Below, piece after piece: positions 17,004 to 27,481 of a stretch of DNA of 64,000 nt; the first letter of the stretch is position 1; the number at the start of each line of letters is the position of its first letter. Origin of the DNA: Eubacteriales bacterium (GTDB lineage Bacteria > Bacillota > Clostridia > Oscillospirales > CAG-272); the NCBI GenBank assembly GCA_045658565.1, contig JAZOVF010000031.1, positions 64,222 to 128,221 of the forward strand, in the 5' to 3' direction. Below the pieces are notes generated by a model. That model saw nothing but the letters and a program-made list of their open reading frames with translations. It did no database searches and was not told the DNA's origin. The position numbers and the translations under genes are program-made.

Positions 17004-17132
17004 TCCTAATTATATACAGTGTAAATGCGCTTGTTCTTTCAAAATATTATAACACATTTTCTCGTTGTTGTAAACTATAAAAACAAAAATTAAAAATAAA
17101 ATTATTTTCGTGTTTTATATTTACAAAAAGTA

Positions 17133-17161
17133 TTGCAAAAATTGCGCTTTTGTGATAAAAT
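17133..17161 (+). promoter_or_regulatory. promoter TTGCAA-17nt-TGaTAAAAT
   Basis: The -35 box is at 17133-17138 and the extended -10 box at 17153-17161. The TTG start at 17177 would lie only ~9 nt from the predicted transcription start. Confidence 0.5.
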
Positions 17162-17203
17162 ATACTGGATAAAGTATTGCCAAAAAAGAGAGGGGAAGCC
17201 GCC

Positions 17204-18028
17204 GTGAAGAAAAGAACAATTATTGACACAATAGGTTTATCGGCAGCTTTTTTGTCCTGTCAGGCAGACATTGCTCCAAAAGAGATATCTGCTTGCCGTG
17301 ACAGGTATGAAATACTTTATGTAAGCTCGGGTCACGGTAGATTTATTGTTGAGGGAGAGGAATTTCCTTTTGAAGCGGGATGCCTGTTTCTTACTCGACC
17401 CATGGAATATGTAGTTACACTTCTTGATGAAAAAAGTGATTTTGAAAGATATGTAATCGATTTTGAAAAAACTGCCTTGCCAGAGGGAAGTGCAGATATT
17501 CTTGATTCTATGCTTGATGCAGGCAGCTTTGGAGGAGCTTATTTTGCTTGTGAGAGCGGATGCGACGATATTGCTTCTGTATTTGAAAGACTATGTATTG
17601 CAGAAAGACTTCCTCAAAAGGAACAGCGTGCCTTTGGCTTGGCGCTTGTATCAGAGCTTGTTGCTATTCTTTCGGCCTTGGGCGGAAAAAAGCTTCAGAG
17701 CACGGACGATACTCTTTTTACCAGAGTAACAAGGTATATAAATGCAAATATCCAAAAAGAGCTTAGCTTAGACATCCTATCGCACCGTTTTTTTGTAAGC
17801 AAGTATTATTTATGCCGTGCATTTAAGCAGCAAAGCGGCACATCCATTCACAGTTATATAAATCAAAAGCGAGTGCTCTACGCAAAGCAGCTTATAGAAT
17901 CCGGTGAGACGGCAGCAAGAGCTGCCGAAAGGGTAGGATTTGGCGATTATTCAGCATTTTATCGCGCTTATACTAAATTTCAGGGTGTTTCTCCCGCAAC
18001 GGTAAAGCTGAAGGGAGGAAAGTTATGA
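17204..18028 (+). CDS. AraC-family transcriptional regulator (cupin + HTH)
   Basis: ORF 17177..18028 has a TTG start with no SD, so it is trimmed to GTG17204 (GAGGGG SD). The C-terminal HTH is FGDYSAFYRAYTKFQGVSPA. Its stop overlaps the dxs start (ATGA). Confidence 0.75.
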   Translation: MKKRTIIDTIGLSAAFLSCQADIAPKEISACRDRYEILYVSSGHGRFIVEGEEFPFEAGCLFLTRPMEYVVTLLDEKSDFERYVIDFEKTALPEGSADILDSMLDAGSFGGAYFACESGCDDIASVFERLCIAERLPQKEQRAFGLALVSELVAILSALGGKKLQSTDDTLFTRVTRYINANIQKELSLDILSHRFFVSKYYLCRAFKQQSGTSIHSYINQKRVLYAKQLIESGETAARAAERVGFGDYSAFYRAYTKFQGVSPATVKLKGGKL

Positions 18029-19878
18029 TATATAAGCTTCTTGATAAAGTAAATTCCCCCGAGGACCTGCGTAAAATAAGCGATAAGGATATCCCTGCCC
18101 TTGCAGAAGAAATGAGGGCATTTATTACCGAATCGGTTGAGAACCACGGAGGACATTTGGCATCAAACCTGGGAGTTGTTGAACTCACACTTGCGGTTCA
18201 CAAGGTCTTTGATTCACCTCGCGACCACATAATCTTTGATGTTGGACACCAGGCCTATGTTCATAAAATTATCACGGGTCGAAAGGCGAATTTTGACACC
18301 CTACGTGTACCCGGGGGACTATCCGGCTTTACCTTAAGACGCGAGAGCGAGCACGACCCCTTTGGGGCAGGCCATTCCACAACCTCCCTTTCTGCCGCTC
18401 TGGGCTTTGCTGAGGCGGATAAAATAAAAGGTGAGGACAGATATACCGTCTGCATTATCGGTGACGGTGCCTGCACAGGCGGTATGATGCACGAGGCATT
18501 AAACAACTGCAAGCCCGACCTACCGCTTGTTATAATCCTTAACGAGAACGGAATGTCAATTTCCAAAAACAGCGGCGCATTTGCATCATATATATCGAGC
18601 GTCAGAGCCTCGAGGAAATATCTTAGGCTAAAGCAGGGAACAAACACCTTTCTTTCAAAGCTGCCCTTGGTTGGAAAAGGACTTCACAAGGCTATCTCCG
18701 CAGTTAAAAACTGTGTAAAAAGAATAATATATAAGACTAACTACTTTGAGGAGCTGGGGCTTTACTATATTGGGCCCATCGACGGCAACGACTACCAAAA
18801 GACTCTTGCTGCCCTTGAACTTGCAAGGGATATGAAAAGAACGGTAATACTCCACCTTAAGACAGTTAAGGGAAAGGGGCATTCCGAGGCCGAGCTGTCT
18901 CCCGAGGGATATCACAGTATTTCAACTGCGTCGGGCGAGCGTTATCACTCGATATTTGCCGACGAGCTTATTTCGTTGGCAGAAGAGAACAAAAAAATTG
19001 TTGCGGTTACTGCCGCTATGGGTATAGGTACGGGGCTTGACCGCTTTGGCGAAAAATATTCAGAGAGATATTTTGATGTGGGGATTGCCGAGCCTCATGC
19101 CTTAACATTTTCGGCAGCCCTTGCGGCCGACGGACTTGTGCCGTTTGTTGCCCTTTATTCAACCTTTTTGCAGAGAGGCTACGACAATATCCTACACGAT
19201 ATTGCTCTCCAGTCGCTGCCTGTAAAAATAATGATAGACAGGGCTGGGCTGGCTATTGGCGACGGAGCGACCCACCACGGTATTTTTGACGTATCAATCT
19301 TGTCCTCAATTCCCGGTATAGATATTTTTGCGCCTCTGTCATACACCTCGCTTCGCGATGCTATGCGTGTAGCATTGTTGGCGGATAATCCTGTGGCAAT
19401 AAGGTACTCGAATGCCGCAGAGCCTTCGGAGCTTTTGTCAGAATTTTCAAGAGTGGGTGGTGCGCTATCGCCTCTTGTTAATTTTGATTTATCAAATCCG
19501 CCCGAATATGTTTTTATTACCTATGGCACTCTGGCTTCACGTGTATCCTCGGCGGCAGAGCTTTTGAAAAAGCAGGGAATTTTTGCAGGAATAATAATTG
19601 CCGAGAGAATAAAGCCCTTATATGAGCTTTGCGAACTTGTAAAGGGACTTAATGATAAAACAAAGCGGATAGTATTTGTTGAAGAGGGAATAAAGCGCGG
19701 CGGTGCCGCAGAGGGACTTCTTTTGTCACTTATGGAATCGGGATTCGATTTTTCAAAAACAGAATATCTTGTCTCGGGAGTAGACGATAGCTTTGCCTCC
19801 CCCGATAGGGTGTGCGACCTTTATGACTATGTTGGTCTCTCTCCCGAAAAACTTGCAAAGAGAATGAAAAGAGAATGA
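18025..19878 (+). CDS. dxs: 1-deoxy-D-xylulose-5-phosphate synthase
   Basis: 617-aa ORF with GGHLASNLGVVELT, DVGHQAYVHKIITGR and the TPP motif GDGACTGGMMHEALN. Confidence 0.95.
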   Translation: MIYKLLDKVNSPEDLRKISDKDIPALAEEMRAFITESVENHGGHLASNLGVVELTLAVHKVFDSPRDHIIFDVGHQAYVHKIITGRKANFDTLRVPGGLSGFTLRRESEHDPFGAGHSTTSLSAALGFAEADKIKGEDRYTVCIIGDGACTGGMMHEALNNCKPDLPLVIILNENGMSISKNSGAFASYISSVRASRKYLRLKQGTNTFLSKLPLVGKGLHKAISAVKNCVKRIIYKTNYFEELGLYYIGPIDGNDYQKTLAALELARDMKRTVILHLKTVKGKGHSEAELSPEGYHSISTASGERYHSIFADELISLAEENKKIVAVTAAMGIGTGLDRFGEKYSERYFDVGIAEPHALTFSAALAADGLVPFVALYSTFLQRGYDNILHDIALQSLPVKIMIDRAGLAIGDGATHHGIFDVSILSSIPGIDIFAPLSYTSLRDAMRVALLADNPVAIRYSNAAEPSELLSEFSRVGGALSPLVNFDLSNPPEYVFITYGTLASRVSSAAELLKKQGIFAGIIIAERIKPLYELCELVKGLNDKTKRIVFVEEGIKRGGAAEGLLLSLMESGFDFSKTEYLVSGVDDSFASPDRVCDLYDYVGLSPEKLAKRMKRE

Positions 19879-21257
19879 TTTTAGATACAAAATTGGCGGG
19901 TGTTGGCCCCGCAGTACTGTCTGTCAGAGAACTTGTCTCTCATTTAAACAGATATTACTATGTTTACACCTTCGGTTGTCAGCAAAATGAAGCTGACAGC
20001 GAAAAAATAAGAGCCATGGCAGAGGCTATGGGCTATAAGAGAGCCGAGAGGGCAGAGGCGGCAGACCTTGTTGTAGTAAATACCTGCGCTATCCGCGAGC
20101 ATGCTGAAATGAAGGCACTTTCGCTTCTCGGAAACTTTCGTGCTGTAAAAAAGAGTAACCCCGATTTTATCCTTGGAGTTGTGGGCTGCATGGCTGCCGA
20201 AAGTCATGTAAAGGATATGTTAAAAAACAAGTTTCCTTATGTCACATTTACTCTTGAGCCAAATATGCTTCACCGTTTTCCCGAGGTCTTGTTAAAATAT
20301 CTTGCCGACCGCAGGCGCAGCTTTGTTCTCGGAGAGGACAGGGGCGACATTGTTGAGGGGCTTTCGTCAGTCCGAGAGAGTCGCCACAAGGCATGGGTAT
20401 CGATAATGTATGGGTGCAATAACTTTTGTACCTACTGCATTGTGCCTTATGTCAGGGGAAGAGAGCGCAGCCGAAAAAGCTCTGACATTATATCCGAGTG
20501 CCACTCGCTTGTTAGTAGCGGTGTTCGTGAAATTACTCTCCTTGGCCAAAACGTAAACTCCTACCGTTCAGACCTTGATTTTCCGGACCTGCTCTCGGAG
20601 ATTGCCCAAATAGACGGAGATTTTATTATAAGGTTTATGACCGGCCATCCTAAAGACACATCGGATAAGCTTATATCCGTTATGGCAAAATATAAGGGGA
20701 AAATTGCACCATATTTCCACCTGCCTCTGCAGTCAGGCTCTGACTCAGTGCTTCGGAGAATGAACCGCACCTATACAAAAGAGAGGTTTCTTTCAATTGT
20801 TGAAAAACTAAGGGCTGCCGTTCCCAAAATCGCACTTTCCACCGATGTTATAGTTGGCTTCCCGGGTGAGACTGATGCGGACATTGAAGATACTCTTGAT
20901 GTTCTTGAAAAGGCAAGGTTTGATATAGCCTATGCGTTTATCTATTCACCGAGAGAGGGAACACCTGCCGCAAAAATGGAAGAGCAGCTTCCCGAGGAAA
21001 TAAAGGGAGAGCGATTAAAGCGTGTATTCGCCTTGCAGGATAAAATATCCTATGAAAAAAATCTGCCGTATTTAAATAAAACCGTAAGGCTTCTTGTTGA
21101 CTCAAAAGAGGAGCGTGACGGCTCTGTAATTTACACAGGCAGAACGGATACAAACAAATTAGTTCACTTTACCTGCGAAAATGCGGAAATTGGCGAATTT
21201 ACAAATGTAAAAATAATAAAAATCGGTGCCTTTGACCTTATAGGCGCCAAGGAATAA
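19875..21257 (+). CDS. miaB: tRNA-i6A37 methylthiotransferase MiaB
   Basis: 460-aa ORF with the UPF0004 motif YTFGCQQNEADSE, the radical-SAM motif CNNFCTYCIVP and a TRAM-like C-terminus. ATGA overlap with dxs. Confidence 0.9.
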   Translation: MILDTKLAGVGPAVLSVRELVSHLNRYYYVYTFGCQQNEADSEKIRAMAEAMGYKRAERAEAADLVVVNTCAIREHAEMKALSLLGNFRAVKKSNPDFILGVVGCMAAESHVKDMLKNKFPYVTFTLEPNMLHRFPEVLLKYLADRRRSFVLGEDRGDIVEGLSSVRESRHKAWVSIMYGCNNFCTYCIVPYVRGRERSRKSSDIISECHSLVSSGVREITLLGQNVNSYRSDLDFPDLLSEIAQIDGDFIIRFMTGHPKDTSDKLISVMAKYKGKIAPYFHLPLQSGSDSVLRRMNRTYTKERFLSIVEKLRAAVPKIALSTDVIVGFPGETDADIEDTLDVLEKARFDIAYAFIYSPREGTPAAKMEEQLPEEIKGERLKRVFALQDKISYEKNLPYLNKTVRLLVDSKEERDGSVIYTGRTDTNKLVHFTCENAEIGEFTNVKIIKIGAFDLIGAKE

Positions 21258-21275
21258 AGAAAAGAGGATATAAAA

Positions 21276-21671
21276 ATGACTAAAATTATCGAGCTTGCAC
21301 ACCTGCTTGGTGACGAAATAGCAAAAAGCGATGAAATCAAAAATCTGGAGACAACAAAGGCTGCATTTCAGTCTGATGAGGCTTTACAGAACAAGATGAA
21401 TGAATACGAGGCAGAGAGAATGCTTCTCGGACAGGAGTTCTCAAAGAGCTCTGATGAAATAGACCAGCGTGCAATAGCTGACCTGAGGGCAAGAATAGAG
21501 GAGCTTTCTGCAGAAATATCAAAGAATCCCCTTTATATCGCGTTCAGCGATGCGCAGAAGGCTATGAATGCCCTTATGGCAGAGGTTAATGCTGAGATAA
21601 AGTTCTGTATTACAGGTGAGCGACCTGTTGAGTGCACCCACGACTGCTCCACCTGCTCGGGCTGTCACTAA
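21276..21671 (+). CDS. YlbF/YmcA-family regulator with Cys-rich C-terminus
   Basis: 131-aa helical ORF (LETTKAAFQSDEALQNKMNEYE...) ending in ECTHDCSTCSGCH. Confidence 0.65.
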   Translation: MTKIIELAHLLGDEIAKSDEIKNLETTKAAFQSDEALQNKMNEYEAERMLLGQEFSKSSDEIDQRAIADLRARIEELSAEISKNPLYIAFSDAQKAMNALMAEVNAEIKFCITGERPVECTHDCSTCSGCH

Positions 21672-21704
21672 TACTAAATACTTTAAACTTTTTGGAGGGC
21701 CGGT

Positions 21705-24329
21705 ATGGCAACAGAAGTAATAGAAAAGCGCTCTGATTTGGTTTCAACAACGCCTATGATGCAGCAGTATCTTGAAGTTAAGGCCGAATACGAGGATTAT
21801 ATCCTTATGTACAGGCTCGGCGACTTTTACGAGTGCTTTTTTGAGGATGCCGTAATTGCATCGCGTGTGCTTGAATTAACTCTTACCAGCAGAGACTGCG
21901 GAAATGGAAAGAGAGCCGCTATGTGCGGTGTTCCATTCCACAAATCCGATGTATACGTTGGCAGACTTGTTGAAAAGGGAATCAAGGTTGCTATCTGTGA
22001 GCAGGTAAGCGACCCTAAATCCTCGGTGGGATTAGTAAAACGTGAGGTTACACGTGTTGTTACTCCGGGTACAATAACAGACTCGTCTCTTCTAGCCGAG
22101 GGACAAAACAACTTCCTTATGGCAATTTGTCTCGATAGCGCAAGATGTGGTATTGCCGTTGCCGACATTTCTACAGGCGAGGTTTCGGCTACCTGTGTTT
22201 CTGGCGACGGTGTTTTAAGCCTTATAAAGAACGAAATAGGAGCATATAAGCCCTCTGAGATTCTCATTAACATAAAGGCTGAGGAATGCGCCGAGCTTGT
22301 CTCATTTGTAAAGGAACGCTTCTCCTCTCTTATAACCGACGGAAAAGACAAGCTCTTTGCATACGACAGGGCAAAGGCCAAAATTATGCGTACATTCCCC
22401 GAGGAGACCGCAAAGTTTACCGAGCCCGAGATGTTTATGGCTGTGGGAGCGCTTCTTTCTTATATTGAAGAAACCCAGAAGACAGAGATAGCCTTTGCAA
22501 AAGGTGTAAATGTTTATTCCAGAGGCCAATATCTTGATATTGACCTTAACACCCAGCGTAACCTTGAGCTTACCGAATCAATGCGCTCAAAGGAAAAACG
22601 AGGCACGCTTCTTTGGGTGCTGGATAAAACAAAGACCGCAATGGGAGCAAGACTTCTTCGCTCATGGGTAATCCGTCCGCTTCTTGACCCCGCTAAAATT
22701 TCTCATAGACAAAGTGCTGTAGCATCGCTTCTTTCTCACAGGAGAGAAAGGGATACTTTAGGCGAGCTTCTTTCGGAGATGCTTGATATGGAGCGCCTTA
22801 CCGCAAAGGCGGTTTACGGTACTGCGAATGCAAGAGACTTGCAGGCAATAGGACATAGCATTTTGAAACTGCCTGAAATTAAATCTCTGATTTCCGGTTT
22901 AAAGTCCGATGTGGTTAAGTCTATAGCTCATGAGCTTGACACTCTTGACGATATTGGGGAGCTTCTTATGGCGGCTATTGCAGACAATCCCCCTCTTACA
23001 ATACGTGAGGGCGGAATGATACGTGACGGCTTTAATGCCGATGTTGATTACTACCGTTCAATAAAGAACGGCGGCGAGGATATAATGGCTTCTATCGAGC
23101 AAAGAGAAAAGGAAGCCACAGGAATCAAGACTCTCAAGGTTGCCTACAACAAGGTGTTCGGCTACTATATCGAGGTGTCAAAGTCATTTATTAACGATGT
23201 GCCTGACAGATTTATCCGTAAGCAGACTCTTACAAACTGTGAAAGATATATTACCCAGGAGCTTAAGGAGATGGAGACCTCTATCTTCACCGCCGACGAA
23301 AAGCTGACGTCCTTAGAGTACGAAATATTTGACAGCTTAAGAGCACTTATTGCAGATAACAGAGAGCGTATAAGAGCCTCTGCAAGCCTTGTTGCCGAGA
23401 TAGACGTTTACCGCTCTCTTGCCGAGGTTGCGGGTAAAAACAATTATGTTTGCCCCGAGGTAGACCTTTCTACCGAAATAAAAATTGTTGACGGCCGTCA
23501 CCCTGTTGTAGAAAAGTTTGTTAAGGATACATACTTTGTACCTAACGATACAACCCTTGATACCTCGCAGAACAAGGTTATGATAATAACAGGACCTAAT
23601 ATGGCAGGTAAATCCACCTACATGCGTCAGGTTGCAATAATTGTGCTTATGGCACAGATTGGCTCATTTGTTCCGGCAAGAGAAGCCAAAATAGGCATTG
23701 TAGACAAGCTCTTTACACGTGTTGGCGCATCCGACGATTTAGCCTCGGGTCAGTCAACCTTTATGCTTGAGATGAGTGAGGTTGCGGCAATACTTAAAAA
23801 TGCCACATCGCGTTCTCTTATAATCTATGACGAGGTGGGCAGGGGAACCAGCACCTTTGACGGTATGTCCATAGCCCGCGCGGTTGTTGAATACACCTAT
23901 TCAAAGAAGATAGGTGCAAAAACACTCTTTGCTACCCATTACCACGAGCTTACCGATATGGAGGATGAATTTCCCGGTATTGTTAACTATAATATTGCGG
24001 CAAAGAAGAGGGGCGACAGCATAACCTTCCTTCGTAAGATAGTAAGAGGCGGAACAGACGACTCCTACGGTATCGAGGTTGCAAAGCTTGCGGGAGTGCC
24101 CTCCGAGGTTGTAAAGAGAGCAAGGGAAATTCTTGCGGGTATTGAGCAAGGCGCACCGAGAGAAATTAAGCACGCGCAGCCTAAGGAGGAGACGATTGAC
24201 CTCTTTAGCCAGCTTTCGTCTAGTGCAGACTCCGAGGTTGCCGACAAAATTCGCGCCCTTGATATAAATACACTTACACCCATAGAGGCGATGAACGTCC
24301 TCTTTGAATACAAAAAACTTCTTTCATAA
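21705..24329 (+). CDS. mutS: DNA mismatch repair protein MutS
   Basis: 874-aa ORF with TPMMQQYLEVK, Walker A GPNMAGKSTYMRQ and DEVGRGTSTFDG. Confidence 0.97.
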   Translation: MATEVIEKRSDLVSTTPMMQQYLEVKAEYEDYILMYRLGDFYECFFEDAVIASRVLELTLTSRDCGNGKRAAMCGVPFHKSDVYVGRLVEKGIKVAICEQVSDPKSSVGLVKREVTRVVTPGTITDSSLLAEGQNNFLMAICLDSARCGIAVADISTGEVSATCVSGDGVLSLIKNEIGAYKPSEILINIKAEECAELVSFVKERFSSLITDGKDKLFAYDRAKAKIMRTFPEETAKFTEPEMFMAVGALLSYIEETQKTEIAFAKGVNVYSRGQYLDIDLNTQRNLELTESMRSKEKRGTLLWVLDKTKTAMGARLLRSWVIRPLLDPAKISHRQSAVASLLSHRRERDTLGELLSEMLDMERLTAKAVYGTANARDLQAIGHSILKLPEIKSLISGLKSDVVKSIAHELDTLDDIGELLMAAIADNPPLTIREGGMIRDGFNADVDYYRSIKNGGEDIMASIEQREKEATGIKTLKVAYNKVFGYYIEVSKSFINDVPDRFIRKQTLTNCERYITQELKEMETSIFTADEKLTSLEYEIFDSLRALIADNRERIRASASLVAEIDVYRSLAEVAGKNNYVCPEVDLSTEIKIVDGRHPVVEKFVKDTYFVPNDTTLDTSQNKVMIITGPNMAGKSTYMRQVAIIVLMAQIGSFVPAREAKIGIVDKLFTRVGASDDLASGQSTFMLEMSEVAAILKNATSRSLIIYDEVGRGTSTFDGMSIARAVVEYTYSKKIGAKTLFATHYHELTDMEDEFPGIVNYNIAAKKRGDSITFLRKIVRGGTDDSYGIEVAKLAGVPSEVVKRAREILAGIEQGAPREIKHAQPKEETIDLFSQLSSSADSEVADKIRALDINTLTPIEAMNVLFEYKKLLS

Positions 24330-24339
24330 GGATTTTCTG

Positions 24340-26322
24340 ATGGGAAAAATAAATGTTCTGGATTTTGAGATAGCTAACCTTATAGCCGCAGGTGAGGTGG
24401 TTGAACGCCCCTCCTCGGTTATGAAGGAGCTTGTAGAAAATTCAATAGACTCGGGTGCCACCTCAATTGTTGCCGAGATAAAGCGAGGGGGCGTTGCCCT
24501 CATTCGTGTATCCGACAACGGCTGCGGTATGACGGCAGAGGACCTGCCCGTTGCAATAAAACGTCACGCAACAAGCAAAATAAAAAGCCGTGACGACCTT
24601 GAAAAAATTGCAACCCTCGGCTTCAGAGGCGAAGCTCTTGCCGCTATTTCCTCGGTGTCTAACGTTACCATAATCACTAAGACCAAAGAGGCGGAGATTG
24701 GAACAATGCTCACCGCTGAGGGCGGCAGAATTGCTGACATATCCGAGGTTGGAACGGCAGACGGAACAACGGTTGTTGTTGAGGACCTTTTCTATAATGT
24801 GCCCGCCCGCCGTAAATTCTTAAAAAAGGACTCCACCGAGGCTATGAATGTTTCCGCTCTGGTAGAAAAGGTGGCGCTTTCAAGCCCCGAAATTTCTATA
24901 CAGCTTCTTGTTGACGGTGAGGAGCGTTTTAAAACTCCCGGTGACGGAAATCTGCTTAATACCATTTATGCGGTATACGGCAAGGAATTTTCATCAAAGC
25001 TTATTTCTGCTGAGGGAAATGCAAACGGCATTCGCGTTCACGGCTACATAGGCAGAAGCGATAATGCAAGAAAAAACCGCAATCTTCAGAATGTTTTTAT
25101 TAACGGCAGATATGTAAAGAGCCTTACCGCTATGGCAGCGATAGAAAAGGCATATACCTCCTATATAGCACCCGAGGCATTTCCCGTATGCGTTCTGTTT
25201 ATAGAAATGAATCCTGCAACGGTTGATGTAAATGTTCACCCGGCAAAGCTAGAGGTTAAATTTGCAAACGAACAGCCTGTCTTTGAGGCTATATATTATA
25301 CAGTAAAGCGTTCCATTGAGGACTATACATACAGGCCTGAGATGACATTAAGTAAAAAGAGCACTTCCGAAAGAAGTGCCCTTGGAGCTTTTGTTCCTAT
25401 TGGTGAAAACACAAAGGGTGAGCAGATAAGCCTTAAAACAGAAGTAACAAAGCCTGTATATACTCCACCGGTGTCAGAAGCGTCGACTCCTGCGAAAAAG
25501 CCCGAGGCATATTCATCGCCAATAAATCTCGATGCGCCTTTGCGTGTTTTTAGCGGAGCAGGACAGAATTTCGGGGGATATAAGCAACCGCAAGCTGTAA
25601 GAGCCAACGAAACAATGACTCCGAGAAATTCGGTAGAGCTGCTTGAAAAATATTCTAAGGCGAAGGTAGACGAGAGCTACAAGCCTGAGCCTGCAAAGAC
25701 TCCCGAGCCTCCCGAAATCAAAATTTCCGAAAAAATAATTGATTACAAGCTTGTTGGCGAGGCATTTGATTGCTATGTCCTTGTTGAATACGAGGGTGCA
25801 CTTTTGGTAATTGATAAGCACGCAGCGCATGAGCGAATAATCTTCGAGGATTTAAAATCTATGCGTGAGAGCGACGGCAGAGTAGCATCTCAGTCTCTTT
25901 TACTTCCTATAACCGTTTCGCTGACACCCGACGAGTGCGCTGCGGCAGGGGAATTTTCAGAGGAGATTGCCTCGGTTGGCTATGAATTTACAGTAGGCAA
26001 GGGATATGCCGACATTACAGCTATTCCCGATGCAATAAGTGCCGCCGATGCAGAGAGTCTTTTTATTAAAATGCTTGACGAAATAAATGAGGGTAAGGGA
26101 AATCCTTCAGTAACCGAGAATATAAGACGTGAAAAGGCGCTTTATCAGATAGCCTGCAAGGCAGCTATCAAGGGTGGTCGAAAGTACGACCGCTCGATAA
26201 TTGAGTGGCTTGTTACAAAGATTCTCTCTCTTCCCGATATTACAGTTTGCCCCCATGGCAGACCCATAGCATATAGACTGACAAAGACAGCGCTTGACCG
26301 TCAGTTTGACAGAATAAAATAA
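24340..26322 (+). CDS. mutL: DNA mismatch repair endonuclease MutL
   Basis: ORF 24304..26322 trimmed to ATG24340 (AAGGA SD located after the mutS stop). The N-terminus reads IAAGEVVERPSSVMKELVENSIDSGAT. Confidence 0.95.
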   Translation: MGKINVLDFEIANLIAAGEVVERPSSVMKELVENSIDSGATSIVAEIKRGGVALIRVSDNGCGMTAEDLPVAIKRHATSKIKSRDDLEKIATLGFRGEALAAISSVSNVTIITKTKEAEIGTMLTAEGGRIADISEVGTADGTTVVVEDLFYNVPARRKFLKKDSTEAMNVSALVEKVALSSPEISIQLLVDGEERFKTPGDGNLLNTIYAVYGKEFSSKLISAEGNANGIRVHGYIGRSDNARKNRNLQNVFINGRYVKSLTAMAAIEKAYTSYIAPEAFPVCVLFIEMNPATVDVNVHPAKLEVKFANEQPVFEAIYYTVKRSIEDYTYRPEMTLSKKSTSERSALGAFVPIGENTKGEQISLKTEVTKPVYTPPVSEASTPAKKPEAYSSPINLDAPLRVFSGAGQNFGGYKQPQAVRANETMTPRNSVELLEKYSKAKVDESYKPEPAKTPEPPEIKISEKIIDYKLVGEAFDCYVLVEYEGALLVIDKHAAHERIIFEDLKSMRESDGRVASQSLLLPITVSLTPDECAAAGEFSEEIASVGYEFTVGKGYADITAIPDAISAADAESLFIKMLDEINEGKGNPSVTENIRREKALYQIACKAAIKGGRKYDRSIIEWLVTKILSLPDITVCPHGRPIAYRLTKTALDRQFDRIK

Positions 26323-26335
26323 AGGAAAAATATAA

Positions 26336-27478
26336 ATGGCAAAATTCACATTACTTAAACAAGAGGGAAAAGCGCGTCGCGGTCGCTTTGAAACAGTACA
26401 CGGCACAATAGAAACCCCTGTTTTTATGAACGTTGGTACCTCTGCGGCAATAAAGGGCGGAATATCTACACGAGACCTCGAGGAGGTCAACTGCCAGGTA
26501 GAGCTTTCTAACACCTATCACCTGCATATTCGTCCGGGCGATGAGCTTATACGCAGAATGGGCGGACTTCATAAGTTCTTTAATTGGCAGAAACCTGTTC
26601 TTACCGACTCTGGTGGATTTCAGGTGTTTTCCCTTGCAAAGCTTAGAAAAATAACCGAGGAGGGAGTTGCCTTTAACTCCCACATGGACGGAAAGCGTAT
26701 ATTTATGGGTCCCGAGGAGTCTATGCAGATACAGTCAAACCTTGGCTCTACTATCGCTATGGCATTTGACGAGTGTGTTGAGAACCCCGCCCCATACCAA
26801 TATGTTAAAGCCTCTCATGAGCGTACAATCCGTTGGCTTAAGCGTTGCAGGGCAGAAATGGATAGGCTCAATGCTCTTCCGGGCACAGTTAATAAAAATC
26901 AGCTTCTCTTTGGCATAAACCAGGGAGGAACATATGACGATTTGCGTATCGAGAATATGAAGGCGATAAAGGAAGTAGAGTGCGACGGCTACGCAATAGG
27001 CGGTCTTGCTGTTGGCGAGAGTGCCGAGGAAATGTATCATATTATCGAGGTCGTAGAGCCATATATGCCCGAGGATAAGCCAAGATACCTTATGGGTGTT
27101 GGTACACCACAGAATATTGTTGAGGCAGTATATCGCGGTGTTGACTTCTTTGACTGCGTTATGCCCTCGAGAAATGCCCGCCACGGCAACCTCTTTACCT
27201 GGAGAGGCAAGATAAATCTTCTTAACGAAAAGTATGCCGAGGACGAAAGACCTATTGCCGAGGAGTGCGGATGTCCCGCTTGTAAAAATTATTCTAGAAG
27301 CTATATCCGCCACCTCTTTAAGGCGCGCGAGGCTCTCGGTATGCGCCTTGCGGTTCTCCATAACCTCTATTTCTACAATGAGCTGATGCAGAAAATTCGT
27401 GATGCTCTTGATGAGGGAAGATACGAGGAATTCTATAAGGAATATCATAATTCTCTTGCTGAAAGACGTAAGGATTAA
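26336..27478 (+). CDS. tgt: queuine tRNA-ribosyltransferase
   Basis: 380-aa ORF with TPVFMNVGT, LTDSGGFQV and the zinc site CGCPACKNYSRSYIRHL. Confidence 0.95.
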   Translation: MAKFTLLKQEGKARRGRFETVHGTIETPVFMNVGTSAAIKGGISTRDLEEVNCQVELSNTYHLHIRPGDELIRRMGGLHKFFNWQKPVLTDSGGFQVFSLAKLRKITEEGVAFNSHMDGKRIFMGPEESMQIQSNLGSTIAMAFDECVENPAPYQYVKASHERTIRWLKRCRAEMDRLNALPGTVNKNQLLFGINQGGTYDDLRIENMKAIKEVECDGYAIGGLAVGESAEEMYHIIEVVEPYMPEDKPRYLMGVGTPQNIVEAVYRGVDFFDCVMPSRNARHGNLFTWRGKINLLNEKYAEDERPIAEECGCPACKNYSRSYIRHLFKAREALGMRLAVLHNLYFYNELMQKIRDALDEGRYEEFYKEYHNSLAERRKD

Positions 27479-27481
27479 ACT